Source of the DNA: Balanoglossus misakiensis
Taxonomy: Eukaryota; Animalia; Hemichordata
Direction: 5' to 3'
Length of the DNA stretch: 64,000 nt
Assembly: GCA_040954595.2 (NCBI GenBank)
Contig: CM082576.2
Coordinates: 11,225,129-11,289,128 of the forward strand
The notes below the pieces were generated by a model, which made no database searches, was not told the origin of the DNA, and saw only the letters and a program-made list of their open reading frames with translations. The translations under genes and the position numbers were made by a program. This document shows positions 14,501 to 26,702 of this stretch, one piece after another. Position 1 is the stretch's first letter. Every line of letters begins with the position of its first letter.

Positions 14501-14848
14501 TATTAGAGCAAATGTACAAGTACAAAACCAAATCAACACACATTACATATTATATGTATTCTGCTAGTGTTATTTGAATCAGTTCATAAATATTTGAATA
14601 AAATGTCTGCATACCTCAATTTCTTTTCGGACAGTCTCATCACTGCTTGGCAACCTGTTTGAATTAGAACATACATGGTTGTAAAAACATTCTTGACCAC
14701 TGTATTAATATGAGGCAATTTAATGTAACTTAAGATGATTTTACCTCGAGTTTTCATTTCGGTAATGTATTTTGAACTTGAAGACTCTGTCACCATGTTT
14801 CACAAGTCTTGTGGTCACGCCTGGCAACTTGAACTTTGTCAAACTCAT
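11541..14848 (-). CDS. MAJIN: Membrane-anchored junction protein (meiotic TERB1-TERB2-MAJIN telomere complex), 10 coding exons, 310 aa
   Basis: Exons 14745-14848, 14615-14654, 14236-14317, 13796-13912, 13475-13503, 12930-13015, 12569-12716, 12180-12258, 11902-12076, 11541-11613 join in frame (933 nt). N-terminus MSLTKFKLPGVTTRLVKHGDRVFKFKIHY...VRKEIEQIMRVIFNN...FQPMKTDHFVAFPYKERWTKARKLEF...NVFNIYL parallels mammalian MAJIN (MSLKPFTYPFPETRFLHAGPNVYKFKIRY...LQPFATEHFIVFPYKSKWERVSHLKF). MRKR basic patch; C-terminal TGLLRSVWNAVM. Probable non-coding first exon with donor near 15483. Confidence 0.85.
13913..14235 (-). other. U12-type (minor spliceosome) GT-AG intron in MAJIN
   Basis: Donor GTATCCTTT matches the U12 consensus; CCTTTGAC branch-like motif at 13930-13937, about 18 nt before the AG; no polypyrimidine tract (TAGCTGCATCATACCAG). 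Confidence 0.8.
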
Positions 14849-15483
14849 CTTTCCAGTTATATTATAAAAGTGGGGACATCTACACAACTACAATCACCTA
14901 TCTGATCACTCCTCTGGGCTTTTTGCTTGTGGCTGTAACCTAGGTGACAGAAAGGTTAGAAGAAAAAGAATAAAACTTAAAGTCTTAAAAACGAAATTGA
15001 TACAATCTCTATACTAGTATTCTCAACTTTTATACAAATTTACCTAAGTGACATTTGTGTAGTAGATACATGAATGACAATGTCATTAGGGGTCATATGA
15101 CTCATTCATTGTTACCTTGGAGATGACTCATGGACAGTAGTGTCAATGACATTATCTATGACAGCAAGGCCAAGATACACTCCTTTTAGATTAGAGAAGC
15201 TGTGGCTTAATTTAACCGGACATTTTTGCTGCACCCTTGGTGTGGTCAACTTAGTTGACTACTCTCCCATATTCAACTAGTGTCTATGGTGGCACTAAAG
15301 GGAGAACCATTTGACTTTACTGATACATGTACAAGAAAAGAGGAGCAATAGCCATGTGTAACAAATTCCCCAGCCCAGGGGCGCGCGAATCATCTTACTA
15401 CTTTGAGCGCTGTTTGCGTGGCCGTGACATGTGAAAATGTTCACCTACCTTACACTACAGTAAGGAATTATAGTTCGAGATAC

Positions 15484-15933
15484 CTCACGGCTAGCAACCG
15501 TGGTTATTATGATAATATTTGAGTCAAAATTTTCGAATAAAGCGCCACAACTACAGCTGGCCAATGTTCAATCATGGACGTAGGAACTTGTTGGAATGAC
15601 GTCATTGTGCGCAAACTTGGTTGCGTAGTGAGACAAAGAGGCCAACGAACTGTTGTACGTATCGAGAACATTGTCTCGCTTGAAAAGGAACATATCTGCC
15701 CGGCAAATATTACCTATTCGCCGGTTATTTCTGGTTTTACTTTTGATATGATTCCTTCTTGTTTCCGAGTTGATATATTACTAATTTGAACAAAACTCGA
15801 TACCGCGTTAAACCCTCAACAGAATATTAGGGAATACCCGGAAGTGGCGTCAACGGATAGGATTTTTCAAGGTCGGATTCGACTGTAGACTGTAGTGTAT
15901 TTCCCGTGTTTTTGAGGGAAAATAATTCAAGTG
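15484..15933. promoter_or_regulatory. Bidirectional promoter MAJIN/DESI2
   Basis: CpG-rich gap between the probable MAJIN 5' UTR exon and the DESI2 ATG. Palindromic CRE AATGACGTCATT (15595-15606), CCAAT (15561), CTAGCAAC RFX half-site (15491), CCGGAAGT ETS (15838), CAACGG MYB-like (15851). Confidence 0.7.
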
Positions 15934-18900
15934 ATGGCTAACGAACCTGTTCGCCTGAATGTCTACGACATGGTAAGTAACCGTGAATTGTCTTTACCGC
16001 GATAATATGATTCATATGGTATGTATATTTACTGCCTGTTAACAGCGAAAGCTTCTGACCGGTATTCTGTGATCTACACCGGCTGGAACACGGAAGTGTG
16101 AAGTTGCCTATCTCGCGCTACGTTGGGGTGTTGTGTTTGTTGCCAGTCAACCGAACCCTTGTCCGTATCGTGATCTCAAAAAGATAGGAGCTTTAAACTA
16201 CATAAGACGAAAAAAATCAATTCACGAGTATCTGAGTTTTACGTAAGTTTGGACAGGTATTATGCATTGTGTCAATATTATAATTTTGACTCTTGTGTAT
16301 AAATGACATTAGAACGCACAAGGGTGTGTTTCATTATTCATAATAATTGTTAAAAATGATTGAGGAAAATAATTTAAAGTTTGTATATTTCTTCTATCCC
16401 TGAAAATTGGTTATGTTGAATCTTGGAGATTTATAACATCTTAAAATGTAGAACTCGACGAAGAGATACTTTAGAATAAACTTTACTGATAATAGTTTTT
16501 ATAAATGTGATTACTCATCAGACTGCAGATCATGTATTTGTTTTATTTTCTAACACTGGTTGGCCTAGTTCTAAAAGGAGCCAAAATCAGAGTCATAATA
16601 GAAAATGAGAAAAAAATTGTAAAAATTATACCTAATATTAGGGGCATTGATAAAAATTCTATTGGTTGTCCTCTGATCCACAGTGTCACTGACGCAGTTT
16701 TAGGCTATCCACTATCTGTTTACATGTGATAGCTGACCACATGTTATCAAACCAAGGTCAGCTTTCTGGCAAAACAAAGTACAGTAACTCAGGGTTCTTG
16801 AAAAGAACTTCTGTTTTGATTATCACCCAGGAAATGGCTTCAAGGATGACCTTTCAGGCACAGGTTTTGTTTTTAAACAAGATGGCAATGATGGTAGTTG
16901 AAAAACGAATACTATTATAGTACCCACTCTCCTTGGAGGGCTTGAAATTCTTCACATCCTGTTGTTGGAATTTGCTGATAATGGTCTTTTTCCATCCCTT
17001 GTCTCCCAATTTGCATTAAGTTCAGGTGTTATTAGCTTGACCCAGGAAACAGAGAGAGGGCCCAGGGGTTAATTATTTTAGCACTTGTGCACACAGAAGT
17101 AAAATAGAAAAAATAAGCATAGAAGGAAAAGGAAAAAGTCACCCAAAAGTGACTTCTCACTTTAAAATACTATTAGCAACTGGTCATTATAAGTTTAAGA
17201 TGCCTGAGTACCCTGTTTTTTCTGTAAAATACAAATGTTGTTCAGTAACTAGCAGAGGAAAATATGTTTGCCATGAATGTCCTATGTATAGAACTGGTAT
17301 AATGAACTTTTCATAAAAACAGTACATCAGCAACCCTCATCTTTACTCAAACACTGCTGAAGTAAATGAAATGCCGTAAATATCCCATACGTGGCAGAAA
17401 ATATGCTGCCCACACAAAGCCAAATATTATAGCCATGAGGCATTTTCAGTTATTAATGTACTGTCTGTTTCATGGGGTAAACAAGGTGGTTACTCTTTAC
17501 AGTCCGTTCCTATAACAAATAATAATCTGATTTATCCATTAGTTCTGGACCAATGAGTACACTTCATCATTGGGCATAGGAGTCTTCCATTCAGGCATTG
17601 AAGCTTTTGGTACAGGTGGGTCAACTTGTTATGTCATTTCCCATCCAGTTCACTGCATATCAGGTTTACACGAATAACTATAGTTTTCTTTCAGAACTGG
17701 AGGACGCATAACAAACAACTTTGGGAAATGAACAAAAACTTTCCTGAAGCATTTATTGTCAAGTGATATATTAATTTGTTAATAATTGTATGATGCATCC
17801 ATTGCCCAATGATTAAACCCTCACACTTTGTGAATAGAATTCCAATTGGTATTCTTTTCATGGCATTTTGTTTACGTCCTGCGTGCTATAACATTATGTA
17901 ACAAAATGCTGACATGCCTATGGAAAGAAACAAAGTCCAAAGAAGAGTAGTTGTCTGTCTTTGGAGAGATGGCAAACTTGTGTAGTTACAATAGCAATTA
18001 GTAGTACATGTAGATACTGGTTTTAACACTGCAAAAGTTGAGGTTAATAGGTATTCTGCTGTTTCGTTACAGAGTATGCATATGGAGGTCATCCTTATCC
18101 GCTTAGTGGAGTATTTGAAATAATACCGAAAAATCCAGAAGAACTAGGAGAACAATTTAGGTTCAAGTGAGTTTGAGTTTATTATAAGTCACTTGATTTC
18201 TACATACCGTAACACCATTAATTTAATGTTCTCACAGCTTGGTATTATTTTGTAAATGTATGACATTGTGAAGTTTTGGTTTTTGCTACCAGTAATTGAA
18301 AAAAAAATGTATACTGTAGTCCATTTTCTAGATCATCAGTTGGCTTTTTCTTGCTCATTGACTTGCCTGTCACAAGGTTTCTGGTCATAGCTAATCTAGG
18401 ATTATTTATGACCCGAGACGTACATTCGCCGGTTTTTACTGTCTCAAGGTCTAGTGCTGCGAAAATGTACCTTTTGCTGAGACAGTCTGTCCTTGACTCT
18501 ACACGATACACAATGTATTTATAGTTGATGAGTCAGAACAGGTAATGCTTAACATTATTGCAATGATTTGTGCCCTGAAAACCCATCACCAAACTGTAGA
18601 ATGTGAAACAATGTCAGTATTTTTTAAATTCAATAATATCCACAGGACAGATATACTAAATTCATATTATGGATTCTGCATTTCATTCAGTACAATCGAC
18701 CAGTCGATGAACAGCCTCATAGAGTAAAACTGCCGGAATTAATTCTAGTGTATATTTTGTCAGCCATTTAGATAGAGGGGTCCACTGAGACAAGAAGATG
18801 AATCATAAATGTGTCTTTTTTGTAGTGTCCACAATTTACATGCATCTATTGTGGTTATTTTGAGAGTGCTAGTACTCAGTAGAACTTTATTGTTTCTACA

Positions 18901-21900
18901 ATCACATCAATATGAGGTGGTGTAGATTAATAATGAGCAATTTGTTAGTGTGAAATAATAAACAGAATTTTAACAAATAGCAATTGGCATACATGTAAGC
19001 ACAACTGGGTAGAAATTATGCATATGGTAATACTTAAAATTGCTGGTCTGATTAGCATGAAAAATGGATGCGCGCTAAAAGAGGTTTTTACTGTATGTTA
19101 ATATTGAGCAACAGCAGCGAGCATGTGATGCGTGACCTCAACAGAAGTGGTTAAACCGCACAATTCAATTAACCCTTTATCACCATGGTTTGGTCCAAGT
19201 CCATTGTTTTCTATGGTACAGTTTGACGTCTTTAAAGGGGAAATCCGCTGTAGCTGATTTCTACATAATTTGGTAGCTTTGATGTCTCTCTTTCAGAAAA
19301 AAACATATTCGCCATGTATAGGTCGCGCGATTTTTTACAAAATCTAGGGAAAGTTGGCAGAATTTCCAATATGGCGTTTACTGTAATTTGAATCATGGGA
19401 AAAAAGCGCCAGGACCAACTTCCGCCCACCATGGTGTGGGTGATACCATTCTCCGATTGGTGTCACTGGGCGACAGACTAGGCGTATTTTCATAGCTATT
19501 GTTTGTTCTTTGCATCAGTTGATAAACAATCATCAGCAAAGTCGAAAATTTGTCATCTATTGACAGTTTTCATGAGCTATAACCCATGAAAAATATGCAA
19601 ATACGCTTAGCTTGTGACACAGTGACACCAATCGGAAAATGGTATCACCCACACCAAGGTGGGCGGAAGTTGGTCCTGGCGCTTTTTTTCCCATGATTCA
19701 AATTACAGTAAACGCCATATTGGAAATTCTGCCAACTTTCCCTAGATTTTGTAAAAAATCGCGCGACCTATACATGGCGAATATGTTTTTTTCTGAAAGA
19801 GAGACATCAAAGCTACCAAATTATGTAGAAATCAGCTACAGCGGATTTCCCCTTTAACAGGGAAATGAGGGGTGAAAGGGTAGCCCATACCACATAGCTA
19901 TTTTTTGTGGAACCATGGTCACTCCTTGGTGGAACCAAAGCTCGTGCTGATGCAGCTGTTATGTATTTTAAAAAAATTATAAATAACTATCATTGCAGTA
20001 AACAGAAACCTAACAATGATACTATAAGGTGCCACCATATGAGATACATTTCTGAAGCTTTGATTTGATTTGATGTACTGGGTTCATGACAAGGTATATC
20101 TTGGGAACTAAACCGAGTAGCTTTTCTTGATCGTATTATTCACTATGAAAAAAGGGACCAGGCTGTACACAGAAAAATATTTTCTTGTATACATGTTCTA
20201 TTTCTACATGTAGTTACTAATATCTTAATCTTCTTTGTTCTCTGATGGGAATCAGTGGATGCCTCCAACGCTAATCCGAGTGACAGTGATTAATCATGCA
20301 AACCATATAAGGACACAATGCTAAAGTCTTGTTCTCACTAAAAGTTTCGACACCAGTGTTATGCCAGTGTTTGCTCTTTGCAAACACAAGGGATTAGCCC
20401 ACAGAATCTCCGTGCGTCCACACACTAAACTTTTGGCCACTGTTTTGAAATAAACACCATCTAAATCGCCATGTTTAGCATCACGGCAACTAACAAAATT
20501 GAGGACGTCGAGGACTTTACAGCAACATGTTTCAGTTTCTATACCTGCATATGCGTTCTAGACGACTTTGTGACAGTTTTGATAATGTTTAGAAGTAAAT
20601 GAATGTTAATCCATAAATGGAAAATGCCTCAGCTTTTCGGTGATGGAGAGAACCTTCCGAAAGTTGGTAGCAGACAGAAGTGTTGCAGACCTGGCAAACT
20701 GCGAATGGTTTGAAAACCACTCGCGTCCAGTGTGATTGACTTGACAATGGAAACTGACCAAAGACAATGGGCTATACCTAATAAACATACCCAAAAGTCA
20801 CTGCAGGGTGGCGCTTTTGAACGGCGTTTGTTTATCTTTGCGTTCTCACTGACTATTTGCGTCGGAGCGCTGGCCCAGCACTGGCCCTGACCCGCCACCC
20901 ATCGCCGTCGCAAATCAACACCGGCGTAACACCGGCGTAAAGCGTTCTCACTTGTTTTTTTCCGTCGGTGTCAAATCTACACCGTTGTAGCACCGGTGTA
21001 AACGTGCCAGTGAGAACGCCACATATTTCAGGGGTTACGCTAACCCCATATTTCGCTTCTCAGGGACGCATTCACGTCCTCTCATATAAATGCAAACAAT
21101 TGAATTTTAGGCATCTTAAATTCCATATGGTGGGGGACTCATTTTTAGTCCTGGGGAATCCTTGGCTGTTTCATTGTGTATTCTAAAATTATGATAGTTT
21201 TATTTAAATTATATATCATATGCACCATTTAAAGGTCAAACAAATAGATCATACTGGGGGCATTGAGGGACACAAAGTAAAAATAGTTCAAATCGTGCAA
21301 TAAACATGGGTCCCATTTAAGGTTAATTTCACTTAAAAATCATTTACCTGTATCTCTCATAAAAGTGGTTAATTATACCTTGCAAATTGCCAATTGGGAC
21401 TCAGTACCCTCTGATGCAGTTTTTGAATACCGTTCGCAGTAAGTGCATAATTGAGCACTTAACCCACCCCGCGTATATGCATGTACTACTGCATCATCAT
21501 AGATACCGGACAGAAGTGATCACCATATCTAATTCATAGGTCTTGCATACATTCAAATTTGCTGATATTATCATCCCTTGTAATTTGAGTGTTGCATTTC
21601 AATGATTGCCAGCCAATCTTCTCTGATGTTGTATTTTCGGCCTTGTATGATGTAATGTGGTGCGTTGTACTTAGTGCGGCGATGAATCATATCTGGAAGC
21701 CTATTCATTGAATGTGCTGTTTTTAGTTGCGAAGGACACAGCTGTTGTCGACCACCCAAAAATGTCACAGAGTTATTTTCAATCGAAATAACAGCGAGTC
21801 AAAAAAATGTTAAAATTACAGTCACTTGTGAAATTTGTTTTGTTTGTAAAGGATACAGAAAGACTTTTTTGTGCAATACTGTATTTTTGATATGGCAAAA

Positions 21901-22926
21901 ATTAATTTTTAAAGATCTGTTTCGTAGGAAATGCTAAAGGATAATTTGAATGAAGCTTGATATGCAGATATGAATATTGATTGAATATAGTGCAGCAGTA
22001 TTTCTCATTTCAATATTTGGCTCCCCATCAACATGACCATTTGGGTGTTACAAAGTTTCTTGAAACATTAACTTTTGTACATTTGTATTCCACAGAGAGA
22101 CCATACTTTTAGGAACAACTGATTTCACGCCAGAGGAAGTCAAGTTAATTGTAACAGAATTAGGAAAAGCCTTCAAAGGTGACAAATACCACCTCATGCA
22201 CAAGAATTGCAATCACTTTACAGGAGAACTTGCAAAGGTGAGTACTATTTGGCCATCTGCATTGAGAAAATCTAACTGGGGACATTACAATTCATCCACA
22301 TATCCCTGAAATTTGATTATAAATTCTTATAATGAACAAAGCAGCCAACCGTAGCAAAGACTGGGCATGACAGCAATTGAAGATCCTAGTCGGTCGTGGC
22401 GACTGCAGTGGAGATTGCGCTGGTCTGGGAGGACATATTCTCATTAAGGGGGACACCCACGCGGCGCGATGACCCCTGTTGCGTCATATTTTATAACAGT
22501 TGATGGTGCCTGGCAAGATTAACATGCACATGTATAAATTACATGTAATTGATTATGCGATATGCATTGCTGAAAGATGTTCTATTAAACTGAGTTTTCA
22601 GGGTTTTTTTTGATACACTGTATCACACAGTGGTATTCTGCAAAAGTGAAAATCTAACTTTAATTAATCTATTCTCGGCTTTTCTTTACCTCCACCAGAT
22701 TCTAGTCGGCAAAGAAATTCCCTCCTGGGTAAATAGACTAGCCTACGTCAGTTCCTGTATGCCTTTTGTGGAGCGCTGTCTGCCCCAGGAATGGCTGACA
22801 CCCGTGGCCTTACAACAAACCATCAAAGAACCTGAGCCCGAGCGGCCAAGCAGCAACAACGGCCGATCGAGGAACACCACCACTTCGAGGGAAAGCAGAA
22901 GAAACAACACCAACACTCTAATATGA
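15934..22926 (+). CDS. DESI2: PPPDE-family desumoylating isopeptidase / deubiquitinase 2, 5 exons, 191 aa
   Basis: Exons 15934-15972, 17543-17615, 18073-18166, 22096-22237, 22699-22926: [54 protein letters not shown]...[11 protein letters not shown]...[10 protein letters not shown]...CLPQEWLTP. His (FHSG) and Cys (NCNH) dyad intact. Likely poly(A) signal AATAAA at 25639 followed by a GT-rich tract. Confidence 0.96.
19173..19880. mobile_element. Small (about 85 bp) piggyBac-like MITE interrupted by a nested insertion
   Basis: TTAA-CCCTTTATCACC at 19169-19184 and GGTGAAAGGG-TA at 19871-19882 are imperfect inverted termini. Removing 19236-19857 rejoins a short element. Confidence 0.6.
19236..19853. 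mobile_element. Palindromic non-autonomous MITE, Kolobok/T2-like (TTAA TSD, AGGGG...CCCCT termini), 618 bp
   Basis: TTAA at 19232-19235 and 19854-19857. TIRs 19236-19468 and 19621-19853 differ at about 3 positions by eye, with about 25 bp more of degenerate pairing. No transposase. Confidence 0.9.
20325..21022. mobile_element. Degenerate non-autonomous DNA transposon (Harbinger-like termini, tentative)
   Basis: Left GTTCTCACTAAAAGTTTCGACACCAGTG (20331) versus reverse complement of right end GCGTTCTCACTGGCACGTTTACACCGGTG (20991-21019). Internal GCGTTCTCACT repeats at 20840 and 20942; ACACCGGCGTA tandem at about 20918-20939. GC- and CpG-rich relative to the intron. Confidence 0.55.
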
Positions 22927-25900
22927 GACCAGAGCTCTTCGGAGCAATCAGACTTTCTTTCATTCCCATGTCATCATGTTTATTTTCAATACTCTGTAAT
23001 AACTGTATAGAAGCCAACCGTGGGTATTTTGGTATTACCTGGTCATGGAAAAAAGACTTTTCACATCAAATATAGTAAAAGATATATATATGAAATATAG
23101 ATTGTGACACTTTTAACCCTCTTCCATAGTTTCACAGTTTCTGATTTATAAACTGGAGTGAGATGTTATTTTTGTGTGAAAACATTTCACAACTGCATGC
23201 ATTTTGACCATCAGAGAAGTGAGTAAGTTCCCATTTATTTTGAAGAGAATTCTCAACTACGAACAAAATCATCAAAATTTAATAATATGGCCATTTTGTT
23301 CATAATTTCATCCTTCAGTGTGATATAATAATAAGATATAAACAGGCCCCCAAAACAAGCCATTTTTCTTGCATGTTATTTATTTGATTTTTTTACAACT
23401 TAAATTTGAATGTTGAGCCTGGTAAAAATTTGAGTGGGTTAGTTTTTATAGCACAGTCAGTGTATTCACACATCTAATGATAAGACCTATGGTGCTACAT
23501 TTTATAATCACTAATGACACTGTATGACTCATGAAACTGCAGCGAGGCAAGACTGAAAAATTCAGCTTTGTTGAGTATGCGAAGGTATGTGACTGTATCC
23601 AAGTCAACTAAAACTGAAATCAATATTCAGGCTTTGATGCTTTGTAAATTTTGCTTTCAATAGTTTACATATTTGAAGAAGGGGTGGAATTTTCTGATGA
23701 AACATTATTTGCATCATTGAGAATTCTGAATCCAATGATGCCAGATTCAAATTTATGAGTGTGTGTAACAGTTTTTTTCATACCAGTGACAAGATGGAAA
23801 ATGTTCGTAAAATGACTGTGATACAGATTTCCGTGTTTATTTATTTATTGTTCTGACTGTATCCTGATTTGCAGACTACGTCATTATGATATAAACAATA
23901 TCAAAACTTTGAGAATTTTAAGTTAAGTCAGTCTTTATATTCCAACTAATAGTAGCACTGATAGCATATAAACATTTGTGTTTAAAGTCAATATTCATTT
24001 CAGAAAGAAGTAAGGTTTACATTTGGCCAAAACCCAACTTATTCAAGATACATTTTTAAAGCTAACTTGATATGTGTTGACATAATCATTAGAGTCTGTT
24101 TGTGGAGGGATTAAAACTAAAATAGGTCTCCCAACAAATTAACCCGGTATTTGTGCAAAAAATTTAGCAAATGTTTATTTTCTGGATTGATGTAAAAAAT
24201 GAACCCTCCCCTGTATCTGGTCATGCCAAGGATAAAAGTTCGGATTTTAATTTAGGTTCCACTAGCAGAAAAAAAAAATCAGGGAAATATACAATTGAGT
24301 CAGCCTTGATATTCTTGAAACACACAAAGAGACCTTGGTAGGTTTGAGCTAGTGCTAATCTGTTAATGTCGACTTTAACTGCCTGCTTCCCAACAATCAT
24401 GTGGTGATGACTCTGATTTTCATTCCACCTTTTTTGGACATTCTGGAATGTTGTGGTTGACACAACTGATTGTTTAAATTCTCTGTGGCACTTTCGGGTC
24501 TTTGTATAATCATTCTAGAATCGGTTATTGAGGTATCTGTGGATCACCTAGTAACCTGTGTATCGGGGATGTGCCAAATTCTAGTACAGTTTATGTTCAG
24601 AAGAAAAACAGTTCGTGAGGGTGTAGCAGAGCGATGGAATTTGCTTCACTGACCCAAGTGCACACTTTTTAATCGCCTTGTTAGTGAGAGAGAGAGAACT
24701 GCCTGCAGACACGGTCTGGATGTGCCGTTTCTAGGAAACTTGCCTAAGACGATAAACATTTCTGGTGAACAGTTTGTGTACTACATAATGTAGGTTTCAT
24801 GAAAGTAAGATACACACCATGTATATTTTTATTTCTCCCTGATTGTAGAATCTCATCTGTATCAAACGCACATATATTGGATACTTTTCTCAGTGTAACT
24901 TTATTCATCATTTCCGTTTTAATAGGGGACTTTTCAGAAGTCTTCCCTACTTCAGAGATTATGTTTTAATTATGGATGTCTTCTTCCCCACTGCCTTCCT
25001 CATATCGTGGCGTATTGACCCCCCGGAGTCCTTAACTCTGTATGTGCTAATTTGTGTCTCATATCATTCCCTTAGAAACCATTCTTGAGAGAGAGAAAAG
25101 GAAACTAGTGATATGGGAACCGTAGACCCCTGAGGAGGGTCTGTGATGCATCTTGTCATGTGAATCAATACTTCACCCTCCAATGAACCTCTTGTGAGAT
25201 AAGGACGCGTGTGTGCTCTCCTTTTCAGCTGCAAATGAATGCTGCAACCATTCATTTTAAAACAGTATGTGTGTGCTTCAATGAAGGTGTTTTGAGATGT
25301 CTGTGTAACACTGACATACACTGGACTCATTGTTATACAGGATCAATGTGCAACAGCACTTGCATGCGTGCGTGTGTGTGTGCTTGACAGAAACTGTAAA
25401 TATTTCGTAGCTGTGCCTGTAGTTTCACATTACTTGGTATTTTGTTCCGAGAGAAGCCATTCAAGAAGAATGATTTTTTTGAGGGGTATTTCTACTACTA
25501 GTTGCTATGGCAACAGCAGATGTTAGTGCATGTGAGAGACGAACAGTTATTGTCAAATATGATTTTCCTTTTTAACTGTGTGTGCAATATGCTGACATCA
25601 CGTAACTGATCGTCAATTTCCCTAAAAAAACACTAACGAATAAATTCAGGAATTTAAGGTAAAGAATTGTTGTGTGTGTGTTCTCTTTATGTAATATTAT
25701 CTCATCAGTGATAATGATGTAATTGACCTATTAGTAACAGCAGCATAGATGAGATGCCCCCAGGAAATTAACAGTTCTAAATTGAAATAGGGTTAAAATT
25801 ATAAAAAATCATTTCTAGCAAAACCTATATATACACACTGTACCCAGAAAAAAAAGCACTTTCTCTTTGACACAGAAGCAAATTTTACCTAAACCGTTGT

Positions 25901-26702
25901 ATCACTTGATTTTTCAAGAGACCTACTCCAACGATCAGCTGTTGGAGGCACGATGCTCCAATAAAATGCACAACCAATAACACATGAACACGGTAAACTG
26001 AGCCGGGATCGTTTGACACTGGATGGCCTTGTGGGACGATGACACATGCACACTGGGGATGAGTCATTCTGCAGTGTTGATTGGGAGACTTTCCACTTCG
26101 TTAAGTGTGACTCTAAACGGATGAGCGCCTGTTGTGGCGTCTTCCAGATGGGGATTTCAGTGGGGGGCCGCGCGAGAGAAATTACAGAAAACCAGATACA
26201 TTAATGTAATATTGAACATGAACACTTCAGTTTTAATTCTTCACAGTGAAACTCCACACACAGGTTTTCTGCATCAATCTTGTCTTTGTTGATCATTGCG
26301 GACAACAAAGACAGAAATCCAAAAATAAGTCATATATGGCCCTTGCTGCAAGCAGGTAGTGGTCTCAGGTCAACAATCATGAATTATGATCAAATCACAC
26401 AAGAACACACTGTACATATGACATACTCATGGGGTTTTAATAATGGAAGTTGCAACTTTTTTATTGAGCCAAGACAAAAGATGAACCTTTACAAAACGTG
26501 CAGCTCATGTGGGACAGAAAATCCCCAACTTGGGGGGATCGTGTGAGAAATATGATCCCAGGTCCTTGGGAGTGTGAGATTCTATAAATCCCACCAGCAG
26601 CATGTCTGTCCACTGTGATGTATGACGTACACTAGGTTATTCACTTGTATTCAGTTTTCTGAATTGATAAATAAACCGTAAAACTTTTCTTTGCATTGGT
26701 CA

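Noticed and set aside
19232-19857. Two near-identical opposite-strand ORFs (…[14 protein letters not shown]…)
   Set aside because: They are translations of the MITE inverted repeats; they differ by a frameshift and have no transposase features.
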